Part shown: piece by piece, positions 20,397-28,945 of the stretch
Layout of the letters: every line of letters begins with the position of its first letter
Numbering within the stretch: position 1 is the first letter of the stretch
From: Cyanobacteriota bacterium
Lineage (GTDB): Bacteria > Acidobacteriota > Vicinamibacteria > Vicinamibacterales > UBA2999
Direction of reading: 5' to 3'
DNA: 64,000 nucleotides
Assembly: GCA_019752015.1 (NCBI GenBank)
Contig: JAIEMQ010000021.1
Span: 879 to 64,878, forward strand
Position numbers and translations under genes: made by a program
Notes under the pieces: model-generated
Databases searched by the model: none
Told to the model about the DNA's origin: nothing
What the model saw: the letters and a program-made list of their open reading frames with translations, nothing else

Positions 20397-22106
20397 ATGA
20401 CCCGAATCCTGACCACGCTGGCGATCGTGTGCGCCTTGCCGGCGTGCGCATCGAACACGCCAACCCAGCCGGCGGCGCCATCGGCCGGCACCGGCTTCGA
20501 TGTCCTGATCACCAACGGCCGCATTGTCGACGGCACCGGCGCGCCGTGGTTCCGCGGCGACGTCGGCATCACGGGCGATCAGATCGCCGAGATCGGTCAG
20601 CTGTCGGGGCGCACAGCCGCGCAGACGATCGACGCTTCGAACCTCGTGGTCGCACCGGGCTTCATCGACATGCTCGGGCAGTCGGAGTTCAACGTCCTCG
20701 CCGATCCGCGCGCCGCCAGCAAGATCACGCAGGGCGTGACGACGGAAATCACCGGAGAAGGCGCGTCGATCGCGCCGCTCAACGACGCGCTCGTGAAATC
20801 GGCGCAGCCCACCTACGACCGCTTCAGGGTCGCGCTCGACTTCCGTACGCTGAGCGAATACTTCGCGCGCCTCGAGCAGAACCGGCCGGCGATCAACGTC
20901 GGCACGTTCGTCGGCGCCGGCGGTGTTCGCGCGTATGTGATGGGCAGCGGCCAGAAGGTGGCGTCGCCGGGCGAGCTCGATGAGATGAAAAAGCTCGTCG
21001 ACCAGGCGATGCAGCAGGGCGCGCTTGGTCTCAGCACCTCGCTGCAGTACGTGCCGGGAAGATTCGCGTCGACCGACGAGATCGTCGAGCTCGCCAGGGT
21101 GGCGAAGCAGTACGGCGGCATCTACATTTCGCATCAGCGATCCGAGTCCGGGCAGATCATGACCTCGCTCGACGAAGTGTTCGCCGTCGCCGAGCGCGCG
21201 AACATTCCCGCCGAAGTCTGGCATCTCAAGACCGCCTACAAGGCGAACTGGGGACGCATGGCGGAGGTGTTGAAGCGTTTCGATGATGCGCGCGCACGTG
21301 GTCTCGATGTGACCGCGAACATGTATCCGTACGATCGCGCGTCGAACGGCCTCGATGCGTGCCTGCCGCTGTGGGTGCGCGAAGGCGGTCTCGATACCAT
21401 GCTCGGGCGCCTCAACGATCCCGCGCTGCGCGATCGCATCAAGCGCGACATGGACGATGCGAACGCGAAGGACTGGGAGAACCAGTGGTACGGCTCCGGC
21501 GGCGGCGCCGGCGTGATGATTTCGACCGTGCTCGATCCGGCGTTGCGCAAGTGGGAAGGCAAGAACCTCGTCGAGATCGGCAAGGAGATGGGGAAGGATC
21601 CGCGCGACGCGGCCATGGATCTCGTCATCGCCGATCGCGGCGAGACGTCGGTGATCATTTCGATCATGCGCGAGGACGATGTCCGGCTGGCGCTGTCGAA
21701 CCCGATGATTTCGATCGGCACCGATTCCGGCGCGCGCGCCGAGGATGGTCCGTTCTCGGAATCGAAGTCGCATCCGCGCGCGTGGGGATCGTTCACGCGC
21801 ATCCTCGGCAAGTACGTGCGCGACGAGAAGCTGATCACGCTCGAAGACGCCATCCGGCGCTTCACGTCGCGGCCGGCCGGGCGCGTCGGGATCGCCGATC
21901 GCGGCCTCCTGCGCCCGGGCATGAAGGCCGACGTGACGATCTTCAACCCGGCGACCGTGCGCGACGTGGCGACGTTCGTCGACCCGACGCATTATTCCCA
22001 GGGCATCGAGCACGTGCTGGTCAACGGCAAGGCGGTAGTTTCCGGCGGAAAAATCACCGCGGAGCGGCCAGGGCGGCCGATTCGGGGACGCGGCTATACG
22101 AAATAG
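20397..22106 (+). CDS. N-acyl-D-amino-acid deacylase (D-aminoacylase) family amidohydrolase, lipoprotein
   Basis: Lipobox 'ALPAC'. 'DVLITNGRIVDGTGAPWFRGDVGITGDQIAEIG', 'VVAPGFIDMLGQSE', 'ISHQRSE'. 569 aa. Confidence 0.85.
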   Translation: MTRILTTLAIVCALPACASNTPTQPAAPSAGTGFDVLITNGRIVDGTGAPWFRGDVGITGDQIAEIGQLSGRTAAQTIDASNLVVAPGFIDMLGQSEFNVLADPRAASKITQGVTTEITGEGASIAPLNDALVKSAQPTYDRFRVALDFRTLSEYFARLEQNRPAINVGTFVGAGGVRAYVMGSGQKVASPGELDEMKKLVDQAMQQGALGLSTSLQYVPGRFASTDEIVELARVAKQYGGIYISHQRSESGQIMTSLDEVFAVAERANIPAEVWHLKTAYKANWGRMAEVLKRFDDARARGLDVTANMYPYDRASNGLDACLPLWVREGGLDTMLGRLNDPALRDRIKRDMDDANAKDWENQWYGSGGGAGVMISTVLDPALRKWEGKNLVEIGKEMGKDPRDAAMDLVIADRGETSVIISIMREDDVRLALSNPMISIGTDSGARAEDGPFSESKSHPRAWGSFTRILGKYVRDEKLITLEDAIRRFTSRPAGRVGIADRGLLRPGMKADVTIFNPATVRDVATFVDPTHYSQGIEHVLVNGKAVVSGGKITAERPGRPIRGRGYTK

Positions 22107-22120
22107 CGTCCTAAGAGGCT

Positions 22121-23476
22121 GTGAGAGCAGTGGCGGTCTCCACCCTTCCGATGTCGGCGGTGTTGTCGGGCCTGTCGGCCGCGCTCGACATCACCGAAGG
22201 CCATCCGCGCGGGCATGCCGCGCGGACGTGCCTGATCTCCATGCGCATGGCCGATGCGCTGCGCCTGCCGCCGGATGAACAGTCGGATCTGTTCTACGCC
22301 ACGCTCCTGAAGGATGCCGGCTGCTCGTCGAATGCGGCGCGCGTGTTCCAGATGTTCGGCGGGCCCGACGAGCACGCGACCAAGCGCGCGGTGTGGCTGC
22401 GCGACTGGCGCAAGCTCGATCAGAAGGTGCGCTACGCGTTCGAGTGGGTCGAGCCCGAAGGTGATTTCCTCGCGCGCGTCGCGCAGTTCCTCAAGCTCGC
22501 CGCGATCGGGCCGGGCGGCGAGCGCGAGCTGTTCGAGATCCGCTGCGCGCGAAGCGCCGCGATCGCGCGCGCGCTCGGCATGTCCGACGCAACCGCTCAA
22601 GCCGTGCAGTCGATGGACGAGCACTGGGACGGCGGCGGCCATCCCGCGGGCCTGAGGGGCGATCGCATTCCGCTGGCCGCGCGCATCATCGGCCTCGCGC
22701 AAGTCGTCGAGATCTTCTGGGGCATTGCCGGTCCCGAACGCGCGCTCGCGATGGCGGCGGAGCGCCGCGGCCGCTGGTTCGATCCCGAGCTGGTGGATTG
22801 CCTGCAGTCGGTGTCGTCGCCGGCGTTGTGGTCGACGCTCGAGACCGGTGACCTGAACGGCGCGGTCACCGCCGCGGAACCGGAGGAGCGCGCCATCGAG
22901 GCCACCGAGGAGCGGCTCGATCAGATCGCGACCGCGTTCGCGTGGGTGATCGACGCGAAGTCGAGCTTTACGTTCGAGCATTCGGATCGCGTGTCGGCGC
23001 TCGCGGTCGGCGCCGCGGAGCAGCTCGGATTCACGTCAACCGAATTGACGCGGCTCAAGCGCGCCGCGCTGCTGCACGACATCGGCAAGCTCGCGGTGCC
23101 CAACGCGATCCTCGACAAGCCCGGCAAGCTCACCGATGCGGAGTGGGCGATCGTCAAGCAGCATCCCGCCAACACGCTGCACGTGCTGCAACAGGTCCCG
23201 GTGTTTCGCGAGCTCGCCGGAGACGCCGCCAACCACCATGAGCGTGTCGACGGGAAGGGCTATCACCGCGGACTGACCGGCGATCAGATGAGCGCCACCG
23301 CAAAGGTGCTCGCCGTCGCCGACGTCGCCGATGCGCTGATGAGCGCGCGCCCGTACCGCGGGCCGCTCTCGCTCGATCAGGTCTGCGGCCTGCTGACAGA
23401 GGGACGCGGCACGCAATTCTGGCCGGACGCCGTCGACGCCATGGTCTCACTTGATTCGAAACTGCACCGGGCTTAA
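22121..23476 (+). CDS. HD-GYP domain protein: N-terminal degenerate HD-GYP-like domain plus C-terminal canonical HD-GYP
   Basis: C-terminal half: 'FEHSDRV', 'LLHDIGKLAVP', 'HHERVDGKGYHRGL', 'DVADALMSARPYR'. N-terminal half has degenerate equivalents: 'GHPRGHAART', 'LLKDAGC', 'HWDGGGHPAGL'. Confidence 0.85.
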   Translation: MRAVAVSTLPMSAVLSGLSAALDITEGHPRGHAARTCLISMRMADALRLPPDEQSDLFYATLLKDAGCSSNAARVFQMFGGPDEHATKRAVWLRDWRKLDQKVRYAFEWVEPEGDFLARVAQFLKLAAIGPGGERELFEIRCARSAAIARALGMSDATAQAVQSMDEHWDGGGHPAGLRGDRIPLAARIIGLAQVVEIFWGIAGPERALAMAAERRGRWFDPELVDCLQSVSSPALWSTLETGDLNGAVTAAEPEERAIEATEERLDQIATAFAWVIDAKSSFTFEHSDRVSALAVGAAEQLGFTSTELTRLKRAALLHDIGKLAVPNAILDKPGKLTDAEWAIVKQHPANTLHVLQQVPVFRELAGDAANHHERVDGKGYHRGLTGDQMSATAKVLAVADVADALMSARPYRGPLSLDQVCGLLTEGRGTQFWPDAVDAMVSLDSKLHRA

Positions 23477-23486
23477 TCTGCCGGGC

Positions 23487-24227
23487 ATGCGCAAACTCGT
23501 CTCGACGCTTGTCGTGCTGGCACTGGCTGCGCCGATCTCCCACGCCCAGATGGCGCATCGGCTCAAAGGCTGGATTCGCACGACCGCCGGCACGCCGCTC
23601 GTCGCCAGGGTCCGCGCCGACAATTTGAGCGGCTTCCGCGGTGAGCCCTTCGCGGGACAGAAAGACCACGAGGTCACATCGACCGACAAGGGCGAGTGGA
23701 ACATCACCGGCATCGAGGCGGGCCTGTGGCTGTTTTCAACGTCCGCGCCGGACACCATCCCCGCGGTGTTGATCCTGCCGGTGAAATTCTCGCAGCGGCA
23801 GCAGGTGAGCGCCGTCGGCAACTCGCTGACGTGGCAGGTGCCGATGTATGCCTACCCCGCGGCGGAGCATCCGATGCTGACGGTGGCGCTGGAGCTCGTC
23901 GCCGCCGGCAAGAAGGACGAGGCCATGCAGGCGCTGACGGTCGCGCTCGGGCCGGGCATCCCGATCGACACGCGCGTCGCCGCCGGTGAGCTGTCGCTGC
24001 TGCTGCAGCAGGCGAGCCTCGCGAAGACGATCTTCTCGCTGGCGCTCAAGGATCAGCCGAAGCATCCGCGCGCCATGCTCGGCGCGGCCATGGCGTCGCT
24101 GCTCGGGCGCGACTGGGAAACCGCCGGCAAGCAGATTTGGGACGCGCGCGATCTCGTGCCGAAGGAGCAGCGCCGGGCCCTCGCCGCGGCCATCGACGAC
24201 CTTCGCGGGATCGCCCGCGTTCAGTAG
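23487..24227 (+). CDS. Secreted hypothetical protein (beta-sandwich N-domain plus helical/TPR-like C-domain)
   Basis: Start placed at ATG 23487 ('MRKLVSTLVVLALAAPISHAQ' signal peptide). No catalytic motif recognised. Confidence 0.6.
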   Translation: MRKLVSTLVVLALAAPISHAQMAHRLKGWIRTTAGTPLVARVRADNLSGFRGEPFAGQKDHEVTSTDKGEWNITGIEAGLWLFSTSAPDTIPAVLILPVKFSQRQQVSAVGNSLTWQVPMYAYPAAEHPMLTVALELVAAGKKDEAMQALTVALGPGIPIDTRVAAGELSLLLQQASLAKTIFSLALKDQPKHPRAMLGAAMASLLGRDWETAGKQIWDARDLVPKEQRRALAAAIDDLRGIARVQ

Positions 24228-25150
24228 TGCGCATCGGCATCGATGTCGGCGGCACGAAGATCGAAGGGCTCGCGCTGGCCGATGACGGGCGCCAGCTCGA
24301 TCGCCGCCGCATTGCCGCGCCCCGCGGCAATTACGGCGACACCATCAAGGCCATTGTCGGCCTGGTGACGTCGATGGAAACCGACGTGGCGCGAGCCCGC
24401 CTCGACGAAGCGCCGAAGGCGCGAAGCCGGGTCGGCATCGGCATCCCCGGCGCGATTTCTCCAGCGACCGGGCTGATCAAGAACGCCAACTCGACGTGGT
24501 TGAACGGCGAGCCGCTCGCCGACGATCTGGCGGAGGCGCTCGCGCGCCCGGTGCGGCTGGCGAATGACGCGAACTGCTTCGCGCTGTCCGAGGCGGCCGA
24601 CGGCGCCGCGGCCGGCGCGCCGGTCGTGTTCGGCGTGATCATCGGGACCGGTACGGGCGGCGGCCTCGTCGTCAACGGACGGATCGTGATCGGCGCCAAT
24701 GCGATCGCGGGAGAGTGGGGCCACAATCCGCTGCCGGCGCCGGAAGATGATGAGCGCCCGGGGCCGCAGTGTTACTGCGGGCGCAGCGGTTGCATCGAGA
24801 CGTTCCTGTCGGGCCCGGCACTCGCGCGTGACTACAGTTGGCGCGGCGGTGACGACATGTCCGCGTCGGAAATCATCGCGCGCGTCGATTCCGATCCTCG
24901 TGCCGCAGCCAGCCTCGACCGGTACGAACGCCGCTTCGCGCGCGCGCTCGCATCAATCATCAACATCGTCGACCCCGATGTCATCGTGCTCGGCGGCGGT
25001 TTGTCGAACATCACGCGGCTGTACGATCGCGTGCCGGCACTCTGGGGACCGCACGTCTTTTCCGATCGCGTCACCACGCGGCTGGTCCGGGCGAAGCACG
25101 GTGATGCCAGCGGCGTGCGCGGCGCGGCCTGGCTGTGGCCGGCATCATGA
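24227..25150 (+). CDS. ROK-family sugar kinase (N-acetylglucosamine/fructo-kinase-like)
   Basis: 'RIGIDVGGTKIE' ATP-binding motif and ROK zinc motif 'CYCGRSGCIETFLSG'. GTG 24227 overlaps the preceding TAG by 1 nt. Confidence 0.85.
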   Translation: MRIGIDVGGTKIEGLALADDGRQLDRRRIAAPRGNYGDTIKAIVGLVTSMETDVARARLDEAPKARSRVGIGIPGAISPATGLIKNANSTWLNGEPLADDLAEALARPVRLANDANCFALSEAADGAAAGAPVVFGVIIGTGTGGGLVVNGRIVIGANAIAGEWGHNPLPAPEDDERPGPQCYCGRSGCIETFLSGPALARDYSWRGGDDMSASEIIARVDSDPRAAASLDRYERRFARALASIINIVDPDVIVLGGGLSNITRLYDRVPALWGPHVFSDRVTTRLVRAKHGDASGVRGAAWLWPAS

Positions 25151-25181
25151 AACGCGCTGCGGTAACTGTTACAATCGGAAT

Positions 25182-25607
25182 ATGAAGCTACGGTTTCTTT
25201 TCGGCACCCTGGCAGTGATCTGGCTCGCCGCCGTGACGCAGTTCAGCGCGGAGCAGAGCAAGTCGGTGTGGGACGGCGTGTTTACGACGGAACAGGCGGA
25301 CCGCGGCGCGGCCACCTACAAGACGGCGTGCTCCGAGTGTCACGGGCAGGATCTCGCCGGCGACGGATTCGCACCGGCGCTGAGCGGCTCGGACTTCATG
25401 GGCAACTGGAACGAGCTGTCAGTCGGCGATCTGTTCGAGCGCATCCGCATCTCGATGCCGCCGAGCGGTCCGAGCGCGGTGACGCCGGCCCAGAAGGCCG
25501 ACATCGTGGCGCACTTGATGAACTCGAACAAATTCCCCGCGGGCACGGCGGAGCTCGAGCCCAAGACGGAAGTGCTCAAGGGCATCAAGATCGAGTTGAA
25601 GAAATAG
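25182..25607 (+). CDS. Small secreted mono-heme cytochrome c
   Basis: Signal peptide 'MKLRFLFGTLAVIWLAAV', heme motif 'CSECHG', distal 'SMPP' Met region. Only the 3' part of the 24699 ORF is real. Confidence 0.8.
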   Translation: MKLRFLFGTLAVIWLAAVTQFSAEQSKSVWDGVFTTEQADRGAATYKTACSECHGQDLAGDGFAPALSGSDFMGNWNELSVGDLFERIRISMPPSGPSAVTPAQKADIVAHLMNSNKFPAGTAELEPKTEVLKGIKIELKK

Positions 25608-25681
25608 GAATTTGTTGACCTGTTGATCTTGTGATCTCTTGATTTCAAATCATCAGAGCAAAAGGTCAACAGATCACAAGA

Positions 25682-26311
25682 TTAGGGATTTTTCCGCCAC
25701 CACGGCGTGCCGAGGTTCGTATACGGCCCGCCGTCGACCGAGATTGCGCTCGCCACTCGATAGTTGAGTGGCGAGAGCAAGTGCATCACGTGACGCACGC
25801 GCACCGACTTGCCATTGACCGTGAACGGCGCGCTGTCGAAGTGAATGTTGTAGATCCCGCCAAGATCGCCGCCCACCGGACCGAACTGCATGTAGGAAAA
25901 CCCGCGCGAGTCGGTGACCTGCCGCGCCAGCACCTTGTTTTCCTTGTGAAACGCGATCAGCTCGCGCACCTTGAAATTTCCTGACGGCCCTTCGCCTTCG
26001 GTGACCGCTTCGTAAAAGCGGCCGTCGACCTTCGACACGACTGTCGTGCCGGTGTAGGGACCCGCCGGTCCGAGCGGACTCTCCGGCATCGACCACTCGA
26101 AGGTCCACTTGCCAAGGAAATAGGTGTCGAAGTCGAACAGCGGGACCGTGTCCGTGCTCTCGGTCGGGCGGCCCAGCGCCGGCATGGCGCCCTTCGGCAC
26201 CTGCTGCAGTGTTTCTTTCGCGCCCTCCGGGCGCGAGGCTTCGCCATTCAGCGTCGAGTTGAGCGCCAGTAGAACGACAAGCCACGTCCGTTTCAGGTGT
26301 TGTATTCTCAC
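25682..26311 (-). CDS. Secreted protein of unknown function, paralogue of 63310-63930
   Basis: Shares 'GRPT...VPL(F/L)DFD.YFLG.WTF', 'FYEAV.EG', 'VTDSRG(F/Y)SY(M/T)Q', 'F.SAPFT..GK.VR..H' with the 63310 gene. Start uncertain: GTG 26311 gives a good signal peptide, and ATG 26338 is the alternative. Confidence 0.65.
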   Translation of the reverse strand: MRIQHLKRTWLVVLLALNSTLNGEASRPEGAKETLQQVPKGAMPALGRPTESTDTVPLFDFDTYFLGKWTFEWSMPESPLGPAGPYTGTTVVSKVDGRFYEAVTEGEGPSGNFKVRELIAFHKENKVLARQVTDSRGFSYMQFGPVGGDLGGIYNIHFDSAPFTVNGKSVRVRHVMHLLSPLNYRVASAISVDGGPYTNLGTPWWRKNP

Positions 26312-26324
26312 GCGCGGAGAGTAT

Positions 26325-27449
26325 ATGCGACGACTCATTCTCTTTTCGACTGCCGCGCTTGCGCTGAGCGCGATCATACCGATGAACGCGCAGGCACCCA
26401 CTCCGGTGTCCGCGCCAACCGACGGCGGCTACCGGCTCGTGCCGAACTGGCCGACACTGCCGCCCGGAGAGTTCTTCGGATTGAAGACGCCGCCACCGCC
26501 GCCCGCCGAACGTGAAGCGCAAGCCGCGGCGCGCCGCGCCACCGGCGGCGCAGGCAACACGCCTCGTCCCGCCGGCCAAGGCCCGACCAATCAGCCCGGC
26601 ATCTCGGGTCTCGCGATCGATCAGAACGATCGCATCTACGTGTTCAATCGCGGCGCCAAGCCGGTGATGGTGTTCAACACCGACGGCAAGCTCGTCGCAT
26701 TCGGCGGCGATCAGGATCTCAACGGCAAAAAGCTCGATCCGAACTGGCAACACTCGGGCACAGTCGATTGGGATGGCAATATCTACATGATCGAACGCGA
26801 CGCCCATCGCATCGTAAAAATGAACAACAAGATGGACAAAGTGCTACTGCAACTGGGTACGACGATGGAGAAGGGGAATGATGCGACGCATTTAGATCTC
26901 CCGTCAGGAATTGCAGTACTGAAGAACGGCAACATCATCGTTACCGACGGCTACGGCAATAACCGCGTCATCCTGTTCGACAAGACCGGCAAATTCATCA
27001 AACAAGCGGCAAAAGGTGCCGGCGGTCCTGGCGATAAAGGCAAAGGCATTGGCGAGTGGGATCTTCCGCACAAGCTGGCCGTTGATGCGCAGGAAAATCT
27101 CTACATCATCGACCGCGAAGGGCATCGCCTGCAGGTTTTCGACAAGAACTTGAATTATCTGCGCGAGATCAACGTGCCCGGATGGAATCCGTGGGACATC
27201 GGCATTTCACGCAAGGGTGATGACGGATTTGCGTACATCGCCGATCATGCGCTCGAACGTGTGCATAAGTTGTCGTTGAAGGACGGCAAGCTCGTCGCCA
27301 CGTGGGGCAAACAGGGATGGGGACCGGGAGAATTCGACTGGGTCCACGGCATCGTTGTCGACTCGAAGGGCGCCGTGTACGCAGCGGATACGTACGGTCA
27401 GCGCATTCAGAAATTTGTGCCGACGATGACCCGCACGAGTGTCCAGTAG
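26325..27449 (+). CDS. Secreted six-bladed NHL-repeat beta-propeller, peptidyl-alpha-hydroxyglycine lyase (PAL)-like
   Basis: Signal peptide 'MRRLILFSTAALALSAIIPMNAQA'. Six repeats of the form 'x(H/S)GxAVDxxGNIYVxDxxxHRIxxF', for example 'HSGTVDWDGNIYMIERDAHRIVKMN', 'LPHKLAVDAQENLYIIDREGHRLQVFD', 'VHGIVVDSKGAVYAADTYGQRIQKF'. Confidence 0.8.
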   Translation: MRRLILFSTAALALSAIIPMNAQAPTPVSAPTDGGYRLVPNWPTLPPGEFFGLKTPPPPPAEREAQAAARRATGGAGNTPRPAGQGPTNQPGISGLAIDQNDRIYVFNRGAKPVMVFNTDGKLVAFGGDQDLNGKKLDPNWQHSGTVDWDGNIYMIERDAHRIVKMNNKMDKVLLQLGTTMEKGNDATHLDLPSGIAVLKNGNIIVTDGYGNNRVILFDKTGKFIKQAAKGAGGPGDKGKGIGEWDLPHKLAVDAQENLYIIDREGHRLQVFDKNLNYLREINVPGWNPWDIGISRKGDDGFAYIADHALERVHKLSLKDGKLVATWGKQGWGPGEFDWVHGIVVDSKGAVYAADTYGQRIQKFVPTMTRTSVQ

Positions 27450-28525
27450 ATTCCCATTCCCGCAATAACTAGCGAGGCTGGTATCACCACGCGTTGGCGA
27501 TACCAGCCGTTTTTCATGAATGGAAATACTGCGATCATCGCCGCTGCGATGATCGTCAGCTGACCGAATTCAACGCCCAGGTTGAACGTCAGGAGCGCGG
27601 TCAGGAATTCATCGCGTGGCAGGCCGAGCTCGCGCAGCACGCCCGCGAATCCCAGGCCGTGCAGCAATCCGAACATGAACACCAGCGCGACTCGCCATGG
27701 CTTCAGCTCGCGCGTGACGATGTTCTCAACCGCGACGTAGGCGATCGACAGCGCGATCAGCGGTTCGACGGCTCGTGAGGGTAACGAGACGATGCCGTAC
27801 ATCGACAGGCCAAGCGTGATCGAGTGCGCGATCGTGAAGGCCGTGACCTGCAGCAGCAGCGGCTTCAGCCGCGCGCTGAGCAGAAAGAGGCCGAGCACGA
27901 ACAGGATGTGATCGAGTCCCTGTGGCAGGATGTGCGTGTAGCCGAGCCACAAGTACTGCCGCACGATCTCGATCCGCGTCGGCCGCGTGAACGATCGCGA
28001 CAGATCGATCACGGTGCTCCAGTTCGTGCCGTCGATCCACTCGATCGTCGACGACCCATCGGGCTGCCGGATCTCGAGCGGGTAGCGATCGCCGACGAGG
28101 CCATACAGCCACCGCAGCCGCGTGGCGTCGCGCGGCATTTGTCCAGTCAACCGGTAGCCGGTCTTCACGAACTCGACCGACGCCGCCCGGACTTCATGCG
28201 CATCGACAAACAACACGATGCGGTCCGCGAATATGCCGGTCAGATTCGCGAGGCGTTGATCGCGCTGTTCCGGCGTGATGTTTGGCGGGACGCTCCCGCC
28301 CGCGAACGTCTCGAGTCTGAGCAGCAGCCACATCGCATCGTTCGAGACATCGAGGACGAACGATCCGTCGGCCGACAGCGTCAGGCCGACGCGCGTTTTC
28401 TCGGCCTCGTGGGCGCCGATCGTGGTGCTCGCCAGCGCGACGAACAGAACGAGCGAAGCGAGCCCTGAGCGAGATGAACTTCGCCTGCGAAGTCCATCGA
28501 GTCGAAGGGACACGTGGCGTATCAT
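27407..28525 (-). CDS. HupE/UreJ-family metal permease with an N-terminal periplasmic domain
   Basis: 372 aa from 'MIRHVSLRLDG...'. Family motif 'HILPQGLDHILFVLGLFLL' plus further TM helices ('AFTIAHSITLG', 'FGLLHGLGFAG'). The upstream 615 aa of the 987-aa ORF is antisense to the 28946 gene and is rejected. Confidence 0.8.
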   Translation of the reverse strand: MIRHVSLRLDGLRRRSSSRSGLASLVLFVALASTTIGAHEAEKTRVGLTLSADGSFVLDVSNDAMWLLLRLETFAGGSVPPNITPEQRDQRLANLTGIFADRIVLFVDAHEVRAASVEFVKTGYRLTGQMPRDATRLRWLYGLVGDRYPLEIRQPDGSSTIEWIDGTNWSTVIDLSRSFTRPTRIEIVRQYLWLGYTHILPQGLDHILFVLGLFLLSARLKPLLLQVTAFTIAHSITLGLSMYGIVSLPSRAVEPLIALSIAYVAVENIVTRELKPWRVALVFMFGLLHGLGFAGVLRELGLPRDEFLTALLTFNLGVEFGQLTIIAAAMIAVFPFMKNGWYRQRVVIPASLVIAGMGIYWTLVRVIVGTNF

Positions 28526-28534
28526 ACGGCGCGT

Positions 28535-28891
28535 ATGAACGTTGTCTTTGCCGTGCTGGTGCTTGCGATCGTGCAGGCGCCGCCAAAGAAAGTCGAGATC
28601 GTCAGCGTCACCGGCTGCCTGCGCGAGCAGGGTCCGAACTGGATGCTGGTCGCGGCGACCGAGCCGGTGCCGAGCATCGCCAACCAGGCACAAGGCGCCG
28701 AGATTCCCACGACACCGCCGGCGGGCAAGAACACCTTCCGCCTGATCGGCACGAGCGAGTTCAACCTGCCGACGATGAAGGACCACACGGTGGTGATTCG
28801 CGGCCTGTTTATCACGGACAAGGTGAGCAGAATCAACGTCACCTCGGCGGTCGAAGCCGTCGCGTCCTGCACGCCCGGCGCTCCCAAATAG
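28535..28891 (+). CDS. Small secreted hypothetical protein (2 Cys)
   Basis: ATG 28535 gives the signal peptide 'MNVVFAVLVLAIVQAPP'. 118 aa. No recognisable motif. It lies directly upstream of the heme-c/PHM-like gene. Confidence 0.5.
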   Translation: MNVVFAVLVLAIVQAPPKKVEIVSVTGCLREQGPNWMLVAATEPVPSIANQAQGAEIPTTPPAGKNTFRLIGTSEFNLPTMKDHTVVIRGLFITDKVSRINVTSAVEAVASCTPGAPK

Positions 28892-28945
28892 GTTAAACTC
28901 GCCCGGAAGCTGTAACGGGTAACCCGTAACCGCAGGAGTCCGTAA

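Noticed and set aside
20355-22013. 552-aa - strand ORF opposite the D-aminoacylase gene, and the 338-aa - strand ORF at 1146-2162 opposite the ABC ATPase
   Set aside because: The opposite strand carries clear enzyme motifs, and these translations are Arg/Ala-rich without motifs.
24699-25181. 5' part of the 302-aa ORF 24699-25607
   Set aside because: It overlaps the ROK kinase gene in another frame. The cytochrome c signal peptide starts at ATG 25182.
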